Positions 36,366 through 48,729 of a stretch of 64,000 nt of DNA are shown here, in pieces. Every line of letters starts with the position of its first letter. Position 1 is the first letter of the stretch. The DNA is from Octopus vulgaris (Eukaryota). The notes under the pieces are model-generated. The model ran no database searches. It saw nothing but the letters and a program-made list of their open reading frames with translations, and was not told where the DNA came from. The stretch spans positions 248,001-312,000 of the forward strand of contig CATOCA020000002.1 of assembly GCA_951406725.2 (NCBI GenBank). Reading direction: 5' to 3'. The position numbers were made by a program, and so were the translations under genes.

Positions 36366-37519
36366 CTAGCACATATATCAGGAGTCAATAAGATATATTA
36401 AAAAGTAATGGAAGGGAGGTAACCAAGATGAACCAAGTAATTTCTCTAGATATATAGAATTTTTTGTAATTATTTCATATTAATAAATCTTTATTTCTAT
36501 TAATATAGAATCATAATTAGCTAGTAAATGGTGATTTGTTTTATTAATGAGTCAAATTAAAAGAATATGTTAGACATAATATTTACTACCTGTGGAGAAA
36601 AACTTTATCAATTTAGTAAATATATCAGGAGTCAATAAGATATATTAAAAAGTAATGGAAGGGAGGTAATCAAGATGAACCAAGTAATTTCAAGATGTAT
36701 AGATATTTTTCCTCCAATATAGGAGAGTATCAAAAAAAAAAAATTTTAATTTCATTATATTCAGATTTATATATATAATGAAATTTCTTAGTAATCTATG
36801 CAGGTTAAATAAAAGCTAGTATGGTATATTAATTTTTTATTTGGTTACAAAATATTAGGATTTGAAAATTTAGGAATGGTCAGAATGTTATTATTTAAAA
36901 TACTTAAACGTACGGGTAGCACAATATATACAAGATACTCCCAGTTCGGAATGGTTATTCAATAAGTTTGTATTATTCCTATGTTTTAAAATTTCATATG
37001 TCTTCATAGAACAAAGTTCACATCCATCTCTACTATTTTTATAAGGATGTGCCTTTCTTATTAAATTTTAGGTTAAATTTGATATTTTTTCTTTCAGTTC
37101 CCAAATTTCACTGGATAGCATTGTGCAACCCGCCTTATGTTTAAGTCTAAAAGAAGAAAAATGGTTGTTCAAACGTTTTTTTTAGGTCTATCGAACATCC
37201 GAAATAAAGACAGCCATTATTTAAAGTCATTATTGTACATTTATAAATTACATTTTGAACCAGACAGTGACCAGATACCAGACATTTTGATCTAATTCTA
37301 CAATTACGGCTGGGGGGATGATTCCTGGTATTAGTATTATTTAGGAACAATCTGTTTTTATTTTCATTATTAGAACTATTATTAGCGTTACTGTTATTTC
37401 CCTTATCTATAATTATATTGTTATGTAAGTTAGGGTTGTTTCCTCACATTCCACATTTTTATCATTCATCATTTATATTACCATTATTATTGTTTATATT
37501 AATGTTATTATTATCATCA

Positions 37520-37556
<37 letters not shown>

Positions 37557-38215
37557 CATTATTATTGTTGTTACTATTTATTCCATTTCGAGCTAATTTG
37601 ATATTTTTTCTATTTAGTCTATCTATTATGGTACCCATATTTGGGAGAGTAGAGTATGATATTCTTACTGATTTATTAGAAATTATTTTATAATATTTAT
37701 GGGAAGTAGGGAAGTTTTTTTCTAGTATAGACATAAATTTGCCGTATATGTTCGTAGAAATCGCACGGTTGAAGGGGATATTTAAACATACATTTTTTCT
37801 TTTGAATTTTTTATTTAAGTAAGGGTGGGAAAGATTATGACTCCTGATATATTTACTAAATTGATAAAGTTTTTCTCCACAGGTAATAAATATTATGTCT
37901 AACATATTCTTTTAATTTGACTCATTAATAAAACAAATCACCATTTACTAGCTAATTATGATTCTATATTAATAGAAATAGAGATATATTAATATGAAAT
38001 AATTACAAAAAATTTTATATATCTAGAGAAATTACTTGGTTCATCTTGGTTATCTCCCTTCCATTACTTTTTAATATATCTTATTGACTTCTGATATATG
38101 TGCTAAATTTACAAAGGTTTTTTTTCCAGTTAGTCTAACATATTCTTTTAATTCAACTCATTAAAAAAAAATTACCATTTACTAGCTAATTATGATTATA
38201 TATTAATAGAAATGG
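36365..38215. repeat. AT-rich ~250-bp unit in tandem and inverted copies (36365-36633 vs 37839-38105) flanking a PLE fragment
   Basis: TAGCACATATATCAGGAGTCAATAAG... is mirrored by ...CTTATTGACTTCTGATATATGTGCTA; partial tandem copies at 36620-36691 and 38130-38215. Confidence 0.85.
36900..37838 (-). mobile_element. Decayed Naiad-type PLE endonuclease region
   Basis: NIPFNRAISTNIYGKF...RISYSTLPNM; NCRIRSKCLVSGHCLVQNVIYKC...YFG; KAHPYKNSRDGCELCS. Confidence 0.8.
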
Positions 38216-38765
38216 ATATATATATATATTTGTATAAATATGAAATGATTTCTATATTTTTTATCCCTATATAAGATACTAATATTTATTGAAATCCTTT
38301 AGGAAATTGTCTAAAGAATATTTACTTAAATTTCTTAATACAGAATCTGGATGTCAAATGGTAAGGGACATTAAAACCTCTACAGCACAAGTAGTCTATG
38401 TTCCCCTACCCCTCTACCTTCAACCTACTAGCTTTTTGCTATAATATATTCAAATGTATCTAAACTGAATTCCTCAAAATGAGAATAGGTTTATGGTTTT
38501 AACATTTGTACTACCCCTTCCTATATCTATAAATAGAAAAAATTCTTTGTCTCCATCCAACCAAAAATAAAATCCCCCTTCCCCACTGCCAGATCTAAAT
38601 AACAAAGTAAACTCAATGATAAAATCTACAGTCAGAGAGTGAATTTACTATCATGTTCTTAAGAATGAAATCAACCTCTCTGTCTATATATCTACCCTCT
38701 TTATAATGTTGGCAAATGAAATAGAGATAAGAACGTGCATTGTTCGTTTGATTGGAAAATTCTAT

Positions 38766-38854
38766 AAGTGGCTGAAGATTGCTCGACATTTTAAAACTGA
38801 TGTAATACTTACAGTGTTTAATAAAATGAAGTAGCATGAAACAATTGTACTTCT
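38766..38854 (+). ncRNA. Type I hammerhead motif (10440 family), core intact, helices eroded
   Basis: CTGAAGA-TTGCT...AGCAT-GAAAC-AATT-GTA. Confidence 0.7.
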
Positions 38855-38974
38855 CTACCTCGGATATACTTGTTGCTTATTTTGATAATATATATATATA
38901 TATATATAAATATAATATATATTTTATATATATATAACATCTATATAACACACACACACACACACATATATATA

Positions 38975-40870
38975 AAGGGAGAATTCACAAAAAAATAAAA
39001 AACGAAGGTAGGTGGTGTAAAAACAAACAGATGTATTAGTATAATGCTTGGGAATTAAAAAAGTCTTTAACGTTTCGAGCCTATGCTCTTTCACAGAAAG
39101 TAACACGGAAAGAAACAAGGAGAGAGAAAAATGTATGTAGTGGTTACCGATCTATCATGGCAAATGCTGGACAGAAGTGTCACACAGGAGAGCTAAGAAG
39201 TAGGGGAGATAACAAAGTAGTAGTGATCCCAAAACGAAGGTGCGTGTGTGTAAGAGAGTATATATGTGTATATATGTGCATGTGAAAGAGGGCTGGTGAT
39301 CTTGGCGTGTGCGTGTGTGTATGTGTGTGAAAACGTGGGGATGGGAATTGGTCAGTGCTGGTGTGTTGTGATGTAATGTGTTGCATTGTATGGTGTAGTG
39401 TGGTGTGATGTGATGGTGTAGGGAGGTGGGGGAGGCGAGAGTGGAGAAAGCACGGGTGGGGTGTGGATTAGTCTGAGGGTTGGGGTAGAGTTTGGGGTAT
39501 GTGGGTAGGTAGAGGGTGGGGGTAGATGTGGGGTGTGTGGGTAGGCAGAGGGTGGGGTTAGAGGTGGGGTAAGTGGGAGAGGCTGTAAGGGATGGGGTGG
39601 GCTTATGGGGGAGGGTTGACGATGAAGGGGGAAGGGGAAGGTGGGTATGAGAGAAGAGAGAAAGAGAGTAGGGGTGAAGAGAAGTAGGAATGAAGAGAAG
39701 TAGGAGTCGGAGCAAGAGAGGACAGGTAGGTGGGAGGAAGTAGGAGGGAGGGGAGGGGGAGAGAGGCAAGGGGAGGAGGTTAGATGAAGAGTGGAAGAGA
39801 GTTGAGCCCATGTGGTGCAAAGGAGTGAAGAGATAAGATTAATCCCTATTCACGGCGCAAACAGGGGTCTGGATGGCCTTTGTGCAAGGACAATCTAAAA
39901 ACAGACAGGTGTTGCAAAGAGTGACTGGTAGAGCAGAAATGGCGTGAGACTGGGGTGTCATTGCCGAGGCGGATGTCTTGGAGGTGTTCCGCAAACCGGT
40001 CAGCCAAGCGGCATCCCGTTTGTCCGATGTACAGAGAATGGCAGAGAGAGCAGGAGATGCAATAGATGCTATTGGTAGAAGTGCAGGTGAAAGAGTTGGT
40101 GATGTGATAGGGTTGATGATGGGTGCCGGTGAGGAGGGTGGTGTTGGAGAGGTAAAGACAAGTGCGGCAGCATGGGCGGGAGCAGGGGAACGAGCCAGGT
40201 TGAGAGATTGGGTTGGGGAAGAAGCTGTGGACCAAGAGGTCTTGTAGGTTGTGGGCTCGTCTGAAGGAGGGGAGGGGTCGGTTAGGGAAGAGGTGTGAAG
40301 TGGACGGGTCGGACTGGAGATGCCAGAAAGCTCGGAGAATGGTGCATTGGAGAGGTAGGGTGGTGGAGTAGTAGGTGAGGGGAAAAGGGAGGCAGGAGAC
40401 TGCAGGGTGGGTTCGGGGGGGAGAGAGTAGATGCACAGTCCACAGAACGTGCTCTGGCAAGGGTAGTGTGGATAGTGGTGAGGGGATATCCACGTAGGAT
40501 GAAGTGGCGAGCCATGAGTTGAGACTGAGTCTCAAAGTCATGGTTGTCACTAAAGAGCCTGTGTAGATGGAGGAATTGGGAATAGATGGAAAGCTTGGTG
40601 TGTTTACGGTGGGAGGGGGAGAAGTTTAGATATGAGTGTAAGTCTGTGTGTTTGTAGTGGATGGAGGTGGTAAGAGTGGAGTGATGAATGCTGAACAAAA
40701 TGTCAAGAAAGGAGACAGAGGTATCAGAGATAGTGCAGGAGAAGTGGAGGGCAAGAAGGAAAGATTTAACAAAAGAGAAGAAGGAGTCTAGATGTTTACG
40801 GGAGAGTGAGGTTGCACTGATACAGTCATCAATATAATGGCCATATAGTTCGGGAGTGGGACCAGTGAAA
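38975..40870 (-). mobile_element. Decayed Neptune-type PLE with terminal hammerhead-like motif (39062-39100)
   Basis: YIDD; TSIHYKHTDLHSYLNF; CSRPCCRTC...SIYCISCSLCHSLYIGQTGCRLADRFAEH; CTTT-CTGTGAAA-GAGC-ATAG-GCTC-GAAAC-GTT-AAAG. Confidence 0.88.
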
Positions 40871-40872
40871 CT

Positions 40873-41212
40873 TCAGAATATAGCCTCTGCTCTGCTTCCA
40901 CCATTGTGGATAGGGCATATAATTCCTCCTTTCAGCCTTTTTGGAGGTATACCACTTGCAAGGACACTTTGGAAATGTATCTGAAGTGGTTTCGCTAAAG
41001 TCTGCTTACATGACAGGACAATAGCTAGGAAGCCATCAGGACTAGTGGCAGAGCATGAGCTCATTTCAGCTATGGCTGCTGTTTCCTCAATGTTGATGTA
41101 ATCAATGGGTGGTGCTTACTTTTTTAGAGCTGCAATATCAAAGAATTCAGCTGGATTTTTTATCTGTGTGTGTCCAAGGGGGGAAGTGAAGACACTTTTA
41201 CATTGTTCACTG
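40873..41212 (-). mobile_element. CR1-group LINE fragment (start of RT)
   Basis: SATSPDGFLAIVL...LAKPLQI...ICPIHNGGSRAEA, homologous to 15667-15876. Confidence 0.75.
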
Positions 41213-41214
41213 TT

Positions 41215-41680
41215 TATCTGCAAATGAACATGAAGACTTCGATTTTCAACAGGATGGGGCTCCACCTCACTGGAAGCTCACTGCGCAGCTTATCTCAATG
41301 ACGATCTGTGAGATAGATGGATCGGGCATGTTGGCAATGAAGACAATGTGCTGTTGAAATGGCTGCCATGTTCACATGACAAGACACTTTGCGATATTTT
41401 TCTCTGGGCCTATGTGAAGAGCCTGGTCTATGTCCACCCTCTTACTGCAAAGCAAGAGGAACTTGAGCAGAGAATCATTACCACACTGGAGACTGACACC
41501 CAAGACATGCTGCAGAGTATTTGGGAGGAGCTGGATTACCGATGTCACGTGTGCCATGCCCCAAGCGGTGTGCATATTAAACATTTGTGAAATTGTTCAT
41601 GGAATCTACACTACTTTGAATTTTTCATTCAAATTTGGAAGAATAAATCTTATGTTGCTCAACATTAAGCCTGTTTAGTT
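41215..41680 (+). mobile_element. Tc1/mariner transposase C-terminal fragment
   Basis: FQQDGAPPHW...RWIG...WLPCSHDKTLCDIFLWAYVKSLVY...LEQRI...GVHIKHL. Confidence 0.85.
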
Positions 41681-41743
41681 TCCTTTGCATTAACTATGTA
41701 GTGTCTGATATTTACATCACAAATTATATCAAATATGTGTATA

Positions 41744-41774
<31 letters not shown>

Positions 41775-42360
41775 CATTGACTTATTGATATTCAGCTTAT
41801 TCACAGCTAAATAAATATCTTTTAGAGTTAGTTCAAATACCATCTCATCTATAACTGGAAGGTGTTCAATTTTTTCTATGTCAGCGATTGATGGTCTATT
41901 CAAAAGTGCAGAAAAATGTTCTATCCAACACTTATAAATAGAAGCAATGTCAGTCAGAAGTAAACATCCATTTGCTGTCCTCACAGGAGCTATTGAAGAA
42001 GATTTTGGGCCATATACCTCTTTAACATAAGAGTACAAACCCTTGGTGTCATTTCTATCAGCTGCGTCTTGTGCCCCTTTTGCTCTATCATTCCACCATT
42101 CCTGTTTACTTTTCCTTAGAGCAGTCTGCACTATCCTTTTCAGCTTTCTGTAAGCTTCATTTGAGTTGAGGTTCAAGGACTGAGCAAGAAGTATATTGCC
42201 TAAGTTTTGTTTTTCTAAAAGTAGATCATGAATTTCTGTTGATCTCTTTGAGAACCAGTTGCTGGACTTACATGACTTAAATCCCACAGAACTTGCAGCT
42301 TGAAATACTTTTGCTTTGAAATCTTCTCATAGATTGTTTGGGTCAAGATTGATACTTTCT
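41775..42360 (-). mobile_element. RTE-BovB-like LINE ORF2 fragment
   Basis: WWNDRAKGAQDAADRNDTKGLYSYVKEVYGP...WIEHFSALLNRPS. Confidence 0.8.
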
Positions 42361-42384
42361 AGAGGATAGTGTATATACATATGC

Positions 42385-42428
<44 letters not shown>

Positions 42429-42429
42429 G

Positions 42430-42800
42430 TACAGGTGTGGCTGAGTGGTAAGAAACTTGGTTCCAAAGCACACGGTTCTGGATTCAGTCCCACTGTGTGG
42501 TAACTTGGCATGTCTTCTGCTATAGCCTCAGACCAACCAAAGCCTTGTTAGTGGATTTGGTAGACAGAAACTGAAAGAAATCCATCATATATATATGTAT
42601 GTATATATGTAAGTGTATGTGTCTTTCTGTCTGTGTTTCTCCCTCGTCATTGCTTAACAATTGGTATTGGTTTATTTACATCCCCATAACTTACTGTTTT
42701 GACAACAAGAGACCGATACAATACATACCAGGTTTAACAAAAATAACAAAAAGACACTGGGGTTGATTCATTTGACACAAAATTCTTCAAGGCTATGTTT
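42430..42800 (+). mobile_element. tRNA-derived SINE with extended 3' body
   Basis: TGGCTGAGTGGTAAG (A box) and GATTCAGTCCC (B box-like); same family as 1040, 1294 and 11084. Confidence 0.7.
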
Positions 42801-42924
42801 CACGTTTTTTTTGCCCACTCAACAGTAGCTATCAATTTCTTTCTGTGTATATATATATGTATATAATATATACACACACACACACATACATATATACATG
42901 CATGTATATGTGCATATATATATA

Positions 42925-44648
42925 TTTATTATATAAAAGTCAATGTCTTTACGTGTGTTTGTGTGTTACTCATACATTCGAAAACTACTGCACTGATCCT
43001 AATGAAATTTCAAACACAAAATCCAAGCCTAAGGAGAAGGGTAATGCTGTATGTTTCATACAATTCCATGGACCAAAATTACTGACTGGATCCTTATGAT
43101 ATCTGGAACTTAGAGTCAATGCATAAGGGCGGGTATAATGCAGTATGTTTGGTTTGAATTTGGTGTCTTAAACGAGGTAGAACCCCCATGAAGATTCATA
43201 AATTTCTGATGTTGATGTAATTTCAACCATAGGTAATTGACACATATCAAGAAGTATTCCCAAAATTTCCGCTTCTCATGAAGATTCTAAGATCCCCTAA
43301 TGAGGGCCTTAACTCCCAAATTTTAGTCATTTTTCTTGATCCAAAACTAGGTCAAAAGTACATGAAATTTGTAAATTATATTCTATGCATAAGGACAGAT
43401 GTAATGCAGTATATGCTTGAAAGTGAGTGGGCATAAATGAGGCCATAACCCCCATGAAAATTCATATAATTTTGCTGTTGATGAAATTTTAACCATAGAT
43501 ATTAGACACAAATGAAGTAATATTCCTAAAATTTCAACTTCTTAGGAGTTAGTAAGACCCCTTAGTAGGGGCTTAACCCCAACAATTTAGTCATTTTTCC
43601 TAAGTCAAGACGAATACAATTGTAGTCTTGGAAGCTGTAGAGTCATCCGAGCATACAAGATGAGCATTATTTGTAATTCAATGGAACAAAAGTGTAAGAG
43701 TTTGCTTTGAGATATACTTAGATTGTGATTTCTGCAATGTCAGGTAAGGAAGAGGCATCTTTGCCTCCACTGGTTCAGTTGCAAAGTGTTATTTTGAGTA
43801 AAATTATTTGGTTGCAAACCTCCTTTGAGTCTTTTTATTATCATTGGGTCAGAGATAGTCCCCAGATGGTAACATTGATTTCAAGACCTTTCCAGATAAG
43901 AGATTGGTCATTCAAAGAGATTTATGGATTGCAAATTTATTCTGTTCAGTCATCTATTGGCATACTGATAATTGGCAAACTGCAGAAGTAATGCTTTCAT
44001 TTCCCCTTAGCCCTCATAACACACAGTTGTTAATGTTTATTTGAGTTGGATCATGCCCTTCCAACTGCTATAGATCCGTAATGCATCTTACAGCTGTGCC
44101 AGTTACCTGTATGGTGAGCAATCCTAAATTGGGGAGTAGTAATGACTAGGGTAGGGTAACTGACTGCTTATTATGATCATTTGTCTTTTGGTTTCCTGTA
44201 GCTTTGCTCTCTTTTACAAACCTGGTGAACATTAATATTTTTCTAATTTCAAAAAAATTTGAACAAAAGATATAAGACACAAGTTAAAAAAGATTTCCAA
44301 AAAACTTCTTTGCTTGATTTTAAGACCCCACCCCACTAACAGGGGCCTTAACTCCCAAATTTTCGAGCTCCATGTGCTCCATTTTTCAGGAGCAAAAACT
44401 TTGAATAGCTTTTATAAGATTTGGATTTTGGAATCTGGGCATTAAGATGAGTTGTATGGGATAAATATGTCATAATTAGAATTTTTATTAGGGTGTGTAA
44501 AGAGGGAAAGAACCCTCATTAAAATTCTTAATCTTCAATTTCGATGAAATTTGAATCACAGGTATTCCAGTTCATTAGAGAAAATATAAAAGAAAAATCT
44601 AATTCTTTAATTGCATGTGACACAGGCGAAGTTTGGTATCTCTGCTAG
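42925..44648 (+). mobile_element. Non-autonomous Helitron with internal subrepeats
   Basis: Helitron-like head TATATAAAAG...GTGTGTTTGTGTG...AAAACTACTG; ends GTATCTCTGCTAG|T like 57924; ~270-bp internal duplication (43120-43340 vs 43390-43605). Confidence 0.7.
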
Positions 44649-44762
44649 TATATATATATATGTATGTGTATATATATATATATTAAATTCAACTTACGAT
44701 GAAAGTCAACAAAAACAAAGTTTGCTTTAAAAGCATTGAGATGTGTTGAAAAATACAGATAA

Positions 44763-44926
44763 GGAAATAATTTTATTGTGAAACACAGGACAATGCTAAT
44801 AATATAGCATGAACAGGATAAACTATCTATATTTTGCAGACAGATTTTTCGGCAAAATATGAAGAGTTTATCTTGCTCATGCTATATTATTAGCATCATC
44901 CTGTGTTTGAGAATAAAATTATTTCC
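44763..44926. repeat. Fold-back hairpin, ~164 bp
   Basis: GGAAATAATTTTATT...ATGCTAATAATATAGCATGA...GATAAACT mirrored by AGTTTATC...TCATGCTATATTATTAGCAT...AATAAAATTATTTCC. Confidence 0.9.
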
Positions 44927-44973
<47 letters not shown>

Positions 44974-45088
44974 TTTATATAAATAAGAATAATATCGATA
45001 TTTAAATACTCATCTTATTAGGTGGTCAGCATGGGAATAAAAACCTTCAAAGGTAATAATTATTTAAAATTATAATTTTATATATATA

Positions 45089-45245
45089 TATCTAAGAGAT
45101 ACCACCACACTGGAAATAGCAATCAAAACTTGACTTTAAGACCACATTAAATGTTCATACAGCTCCTGCTGCTGTATGAACATTTAATGTGGTTTTATAG
45201 TCAAGTTTTGACTGCTATTTCCAGCATGGTGGTATCTCTTAGATA
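45089..45245. repeat. Fold-back hairpin, ~157 bp, 7-nt loop
   Basis: TATCTAAGAGATACCACC...ATGTTCATACAGC-TCCTGCT-GCTGTATGAACAT...GGTGGTATCTCTTAGATA. Confidence 0.9.
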
Positions 45246-45322
45246 CCCTAAATTGTAATTTTATACATATATATATGTGTGTGTGTGTGTGTTATATATG
45301 TGTTATATATATATATATATAT

Positions 45323-45553
45323 TTGACTGGGCCTGATGAAGCCTTCTGGCTTCACAGACCCCAGTAGAACCATCCAACCCATGCTAGCATGGAAAACGGA
45401 CGCTAAACGATGATGATGATGATGATGATATATATATATATATATATATAATCATCATCATCATCATCGTTTAACGTCCGCTTTCCATGCAAATCGTCCA
45501 ACCCATGCTAGCATGGAAAGCGGATGTTAAATGATAATGATGATGATGATGAT
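45323..45553. mobile_element. Cluster of three very short RTE 3' tails in alternating orientation
   Basis: CCAACCCATGCTAGCATGGAAA...(GAT)n twice on + and (CAT)n...GTTTAACGTCCGCTTTCCATGC once on -. Confidence 0.75.
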
Positions 45554-45566
45554 ATATATATATATA

Positions 45567-47471
45567 CTAGCTGAAGGTGACCCGCTCTACGCATGGGTAA
45601 GAGTGTGGTTGTTACTTTCTGTTGCTTCCTTTCAGCACGTAAAAAGCACCATCCGAACGTGGCCGATTGCAGCGCTGCCTTGACTTGCTTCTGTGCTGGT
45701 GGCACGTAAAAAGTACCAACCGATCGTTGCCGCTGTGAGCCCACCTGGCACCTGTGCCGGCGGCACGAAAAAAGCACCCACTACACTCACAGAGTGGTTG
45801 GCGTACTTTTCTTTTCTCTCGGACTCTCCCTCGCTTTCTCTTACTCTCTATCTTTATCTATCTCTCTCCCATTTATAAGCAACAAAAGATCTTGAGTAAG
45901 TTGAGAAATAAAATATTTAGAAAGATCAATCATAAATATCAGGCATTGGCAACGGAAAGGTCTGCTTCAAGTCAGACAGCAAAACGCTAACATTTAAAAT
46001 GGACAGACGAACTTGCGAGCTGAATAAAAATAATAAAATATTGGAAACCAAAGTTTGAAGGGATAGAATCTGAGGATAGTAGAGTCACCATGGCTGACAT
46101 TTCTTAACGATGGACAGCAACGTATTGACAGTTTAACGGCTGGTGTAAAATTTAGAACTTGATGTAAAAGAAAATTCGTAAACACCAAGTTTTGAAGTGA
46201 TTCTTTCTCACGACAGTAGACTCACCATGGCAAGCATTCAAAACTTCTTTATCATGGACGGCAACACATTGACGATTAAAAGGCTGGCGCAAATTTTTTA
46301 GCTTGATGTAACAGAAAATTCCTAAACACCCGCTCCTTGAAATTTTAATCCCCTTCCAGCCCCATTTAGACCCTTTTCACATTTTGGTTAATATAACCCG
46401 ATTTAATTCGGGTCTACTGGGGCCACATTTTATAAGATGAGGAATTTTGTCCTAGAGGTGACGCCTTTCATTTGAGGAAAAAAATAGTTGTCATGCAAAC
46501 TTGCCAGCACTTTTAGCATAGGTGTGCATATTTTCAGCTGAATCGACCGACTACGTAATGCACACATTATATATATATATATGTGTGTATATATATGTGT
46601 GTGTGTGTGTGCACGCATTATATATACAAATGTATACAAATGAGATATATATCTGTATTAATTAAATTAGAGATAAAACCATTAATAGGCAAATCAAACA
46701 GTGAAAAACCAAAAACAAAAACATAAAAAAATATATAATATAGAAAATATATAAAATATAAAATTGAAAAATTTGAATTATTTAAATTGAAAATAAAAAT
46801 TATTAAATTATATTTATAATTTGTTTAAAAATATATATAACTATGAGAAAGTATGAAAAAGTTTAATATACATAAATACAGATATATACACTTTGTAAAT
46901 ATACATTATATATACATATTTATATATAGAACACACACACATTATATATACATATTTATATATAGAACACACACACACACACACACACACACACAGCGCG
47001 GAAAACGGACGTTAAATGATGATGATGATGATTTATATATAGAACACACACACATATAAATGAACGCAAGAATATCTGATTCATAATATTTGTTCTCATG
47101 CTCGTATGTTGTTGGTGACAGACAGATACATAAAAGAACGCCGACGTGATGGGAAGGTAAGGAAACAGAGTGAGTGAAAAAGAGAGGAAATAGCGAGATT
47201 GATTTTAAGAAGACAGACACTTTAAATAACGGTTGTGGACTTGTCAAAGTTATAAATGAGGGGAGTGAGAGGGTAATGGAGGAAATAGCGTGAGTGAGGA
47301 AGATGACCCCTAGCAACCACACCTTTTAAGATAGGGATTTCTAAGGTAGCCCACGGGCATCGTCACCTCATTCTACATGTCCCTGTAAATTTTGGAGCGA
47401 ATCGGACGGGATGTGGTGGCATTGAAAGCGATCCAAGTGGTAAAAACGCATTTCAGTTTTATATATAGAGA
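45567..47471 (-). mobile_element. Helitron 3' end (45567) and Helitron-like 5' head (47471); one element or two; carries an RTE 3' UTR piece at 45630-45805
   Basis: Minus strand ACCCATGCGTAGAGCGGGT hairpin then CTAG|T; head TCTCTATATATAAAACTGAAATG. Confidence 0.55.
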
Positions 47472-47496
47472 TATATATATATATACACACACACAA

Positions 47497-47935
47497 TTGA
47501 AAAAACAACTGACAAGAGCAAAATTCTCACCAGAGACTGAAACTGAATTCTTTGTGAAAGAATGTGGAATGTGGAGATAGTAGATGTGTGATCTGCAGTA
47601 ACCCCGTCTACAAACATATAGAGGAAAACAACCAAATAAAATTTAAGAGTGGACACACATTCAAAGGAAATGCAAACATGAATTGCAAGACACAAAACTT
47701 AATATATTGCCTAACCTGTCCCACGGCAATTCTTTATGCCAACGAGCCAGAGTTCACTGACAACATATCCGACAGGGAGAGCTACAAAAAATTCCATTAC
47801 ATAAACACTTAGAAACATGTGGAGAAGGAAGATTCAAGATCTTTCCCTTCTATAAATGCCTAAGGAATGATACCATCTTCAGATAAAATATGGAACACTT
47901 CATAGCAAAATTCTCCCCCAAACTGAATGGCTGAA
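47497..47935 (+). mobile_element. Neptune-type PLE endonuclease fragment
   Basis: LKKQLTRAKF...CGDSRCVIC...FKSGHTF...CKTQNLIYCLTC...FKIFPFYKC, homologous to 28500-28970. Confidence 0.8.
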
Positions 47936-48729
47936 AATATGAAAATCACCTCAACTTCCTTATAAACCCACTTGGAACCCTAAGATATATGCATACGTGT
48001 CTGTGTGTGTATGTTTATACATAAATAGAAATATTCTTGCATCCAGATTTTCCAACCCATACCAGCATGGGAATCAAGCACTGGACAATGATGATGATAA
48101 TGATAATCAGTCCAGACAATTTTTTGAAAAATAACTTTCATTTTTCCTCATCAAAACAGATCTCCCTTAGAATAACCACCTGGTCTTGCCATTTTTACAG
48201 ACCAAGAATCAACTTGTCATCTTCTTTCTTTCTCTTTTCCATAGACATTAAGAAAAAACACATTTTTTCACTTTGAAAACATTTTTCTTTCAGAACCCCT
48301 GGCAAGCTGGCTGAACCAAAGTAAGTATCTGTTCTAGCCACTTACTTAAAAATTTATATTCTTTCCCTTTTCTCTTTGTCTCTTGTTCAAAACGCTTCCT
48401 TTCAGATACACAGACACACACACACATGCAAGCATACACACACTATCACTTTCTTCCCCCACTATCTCCCAATTCCTCTCCCTCTTTTCCTACCCTATAC
48501 ACTCCACATTAATCTTCTTTCCCCTCTCTCTCTCTCCATCCCAACCCATTCACTTCTATAAAAAAAGACAAATCCCTTCACAAAATTTAAATCTGAAAAA
48601 TCTATTAGAGTAGATGAAAGCCCTTATATGTGATTTGTAAAAACATGTGACAAGTTAATAAATATTTGTATATGTACAACCATCCAGATCTCTAAGTACC
48701 TTATTTTTCCCAATATATATTATATATAT

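Noticed and set aside
35340-37330. Selenocysteine (in-frame TGA) in Naiad endonucleases, as reported for some Naiads
   Set aside because: The conserved Cys positions I could read are TGT/TGC; no TGA seen at those sites
45330-45360. CTGATGAAGCC...GGC as a hammerhead
   Set aside because: No GAAA or helix III follows; it is part of an RTE 3' tail
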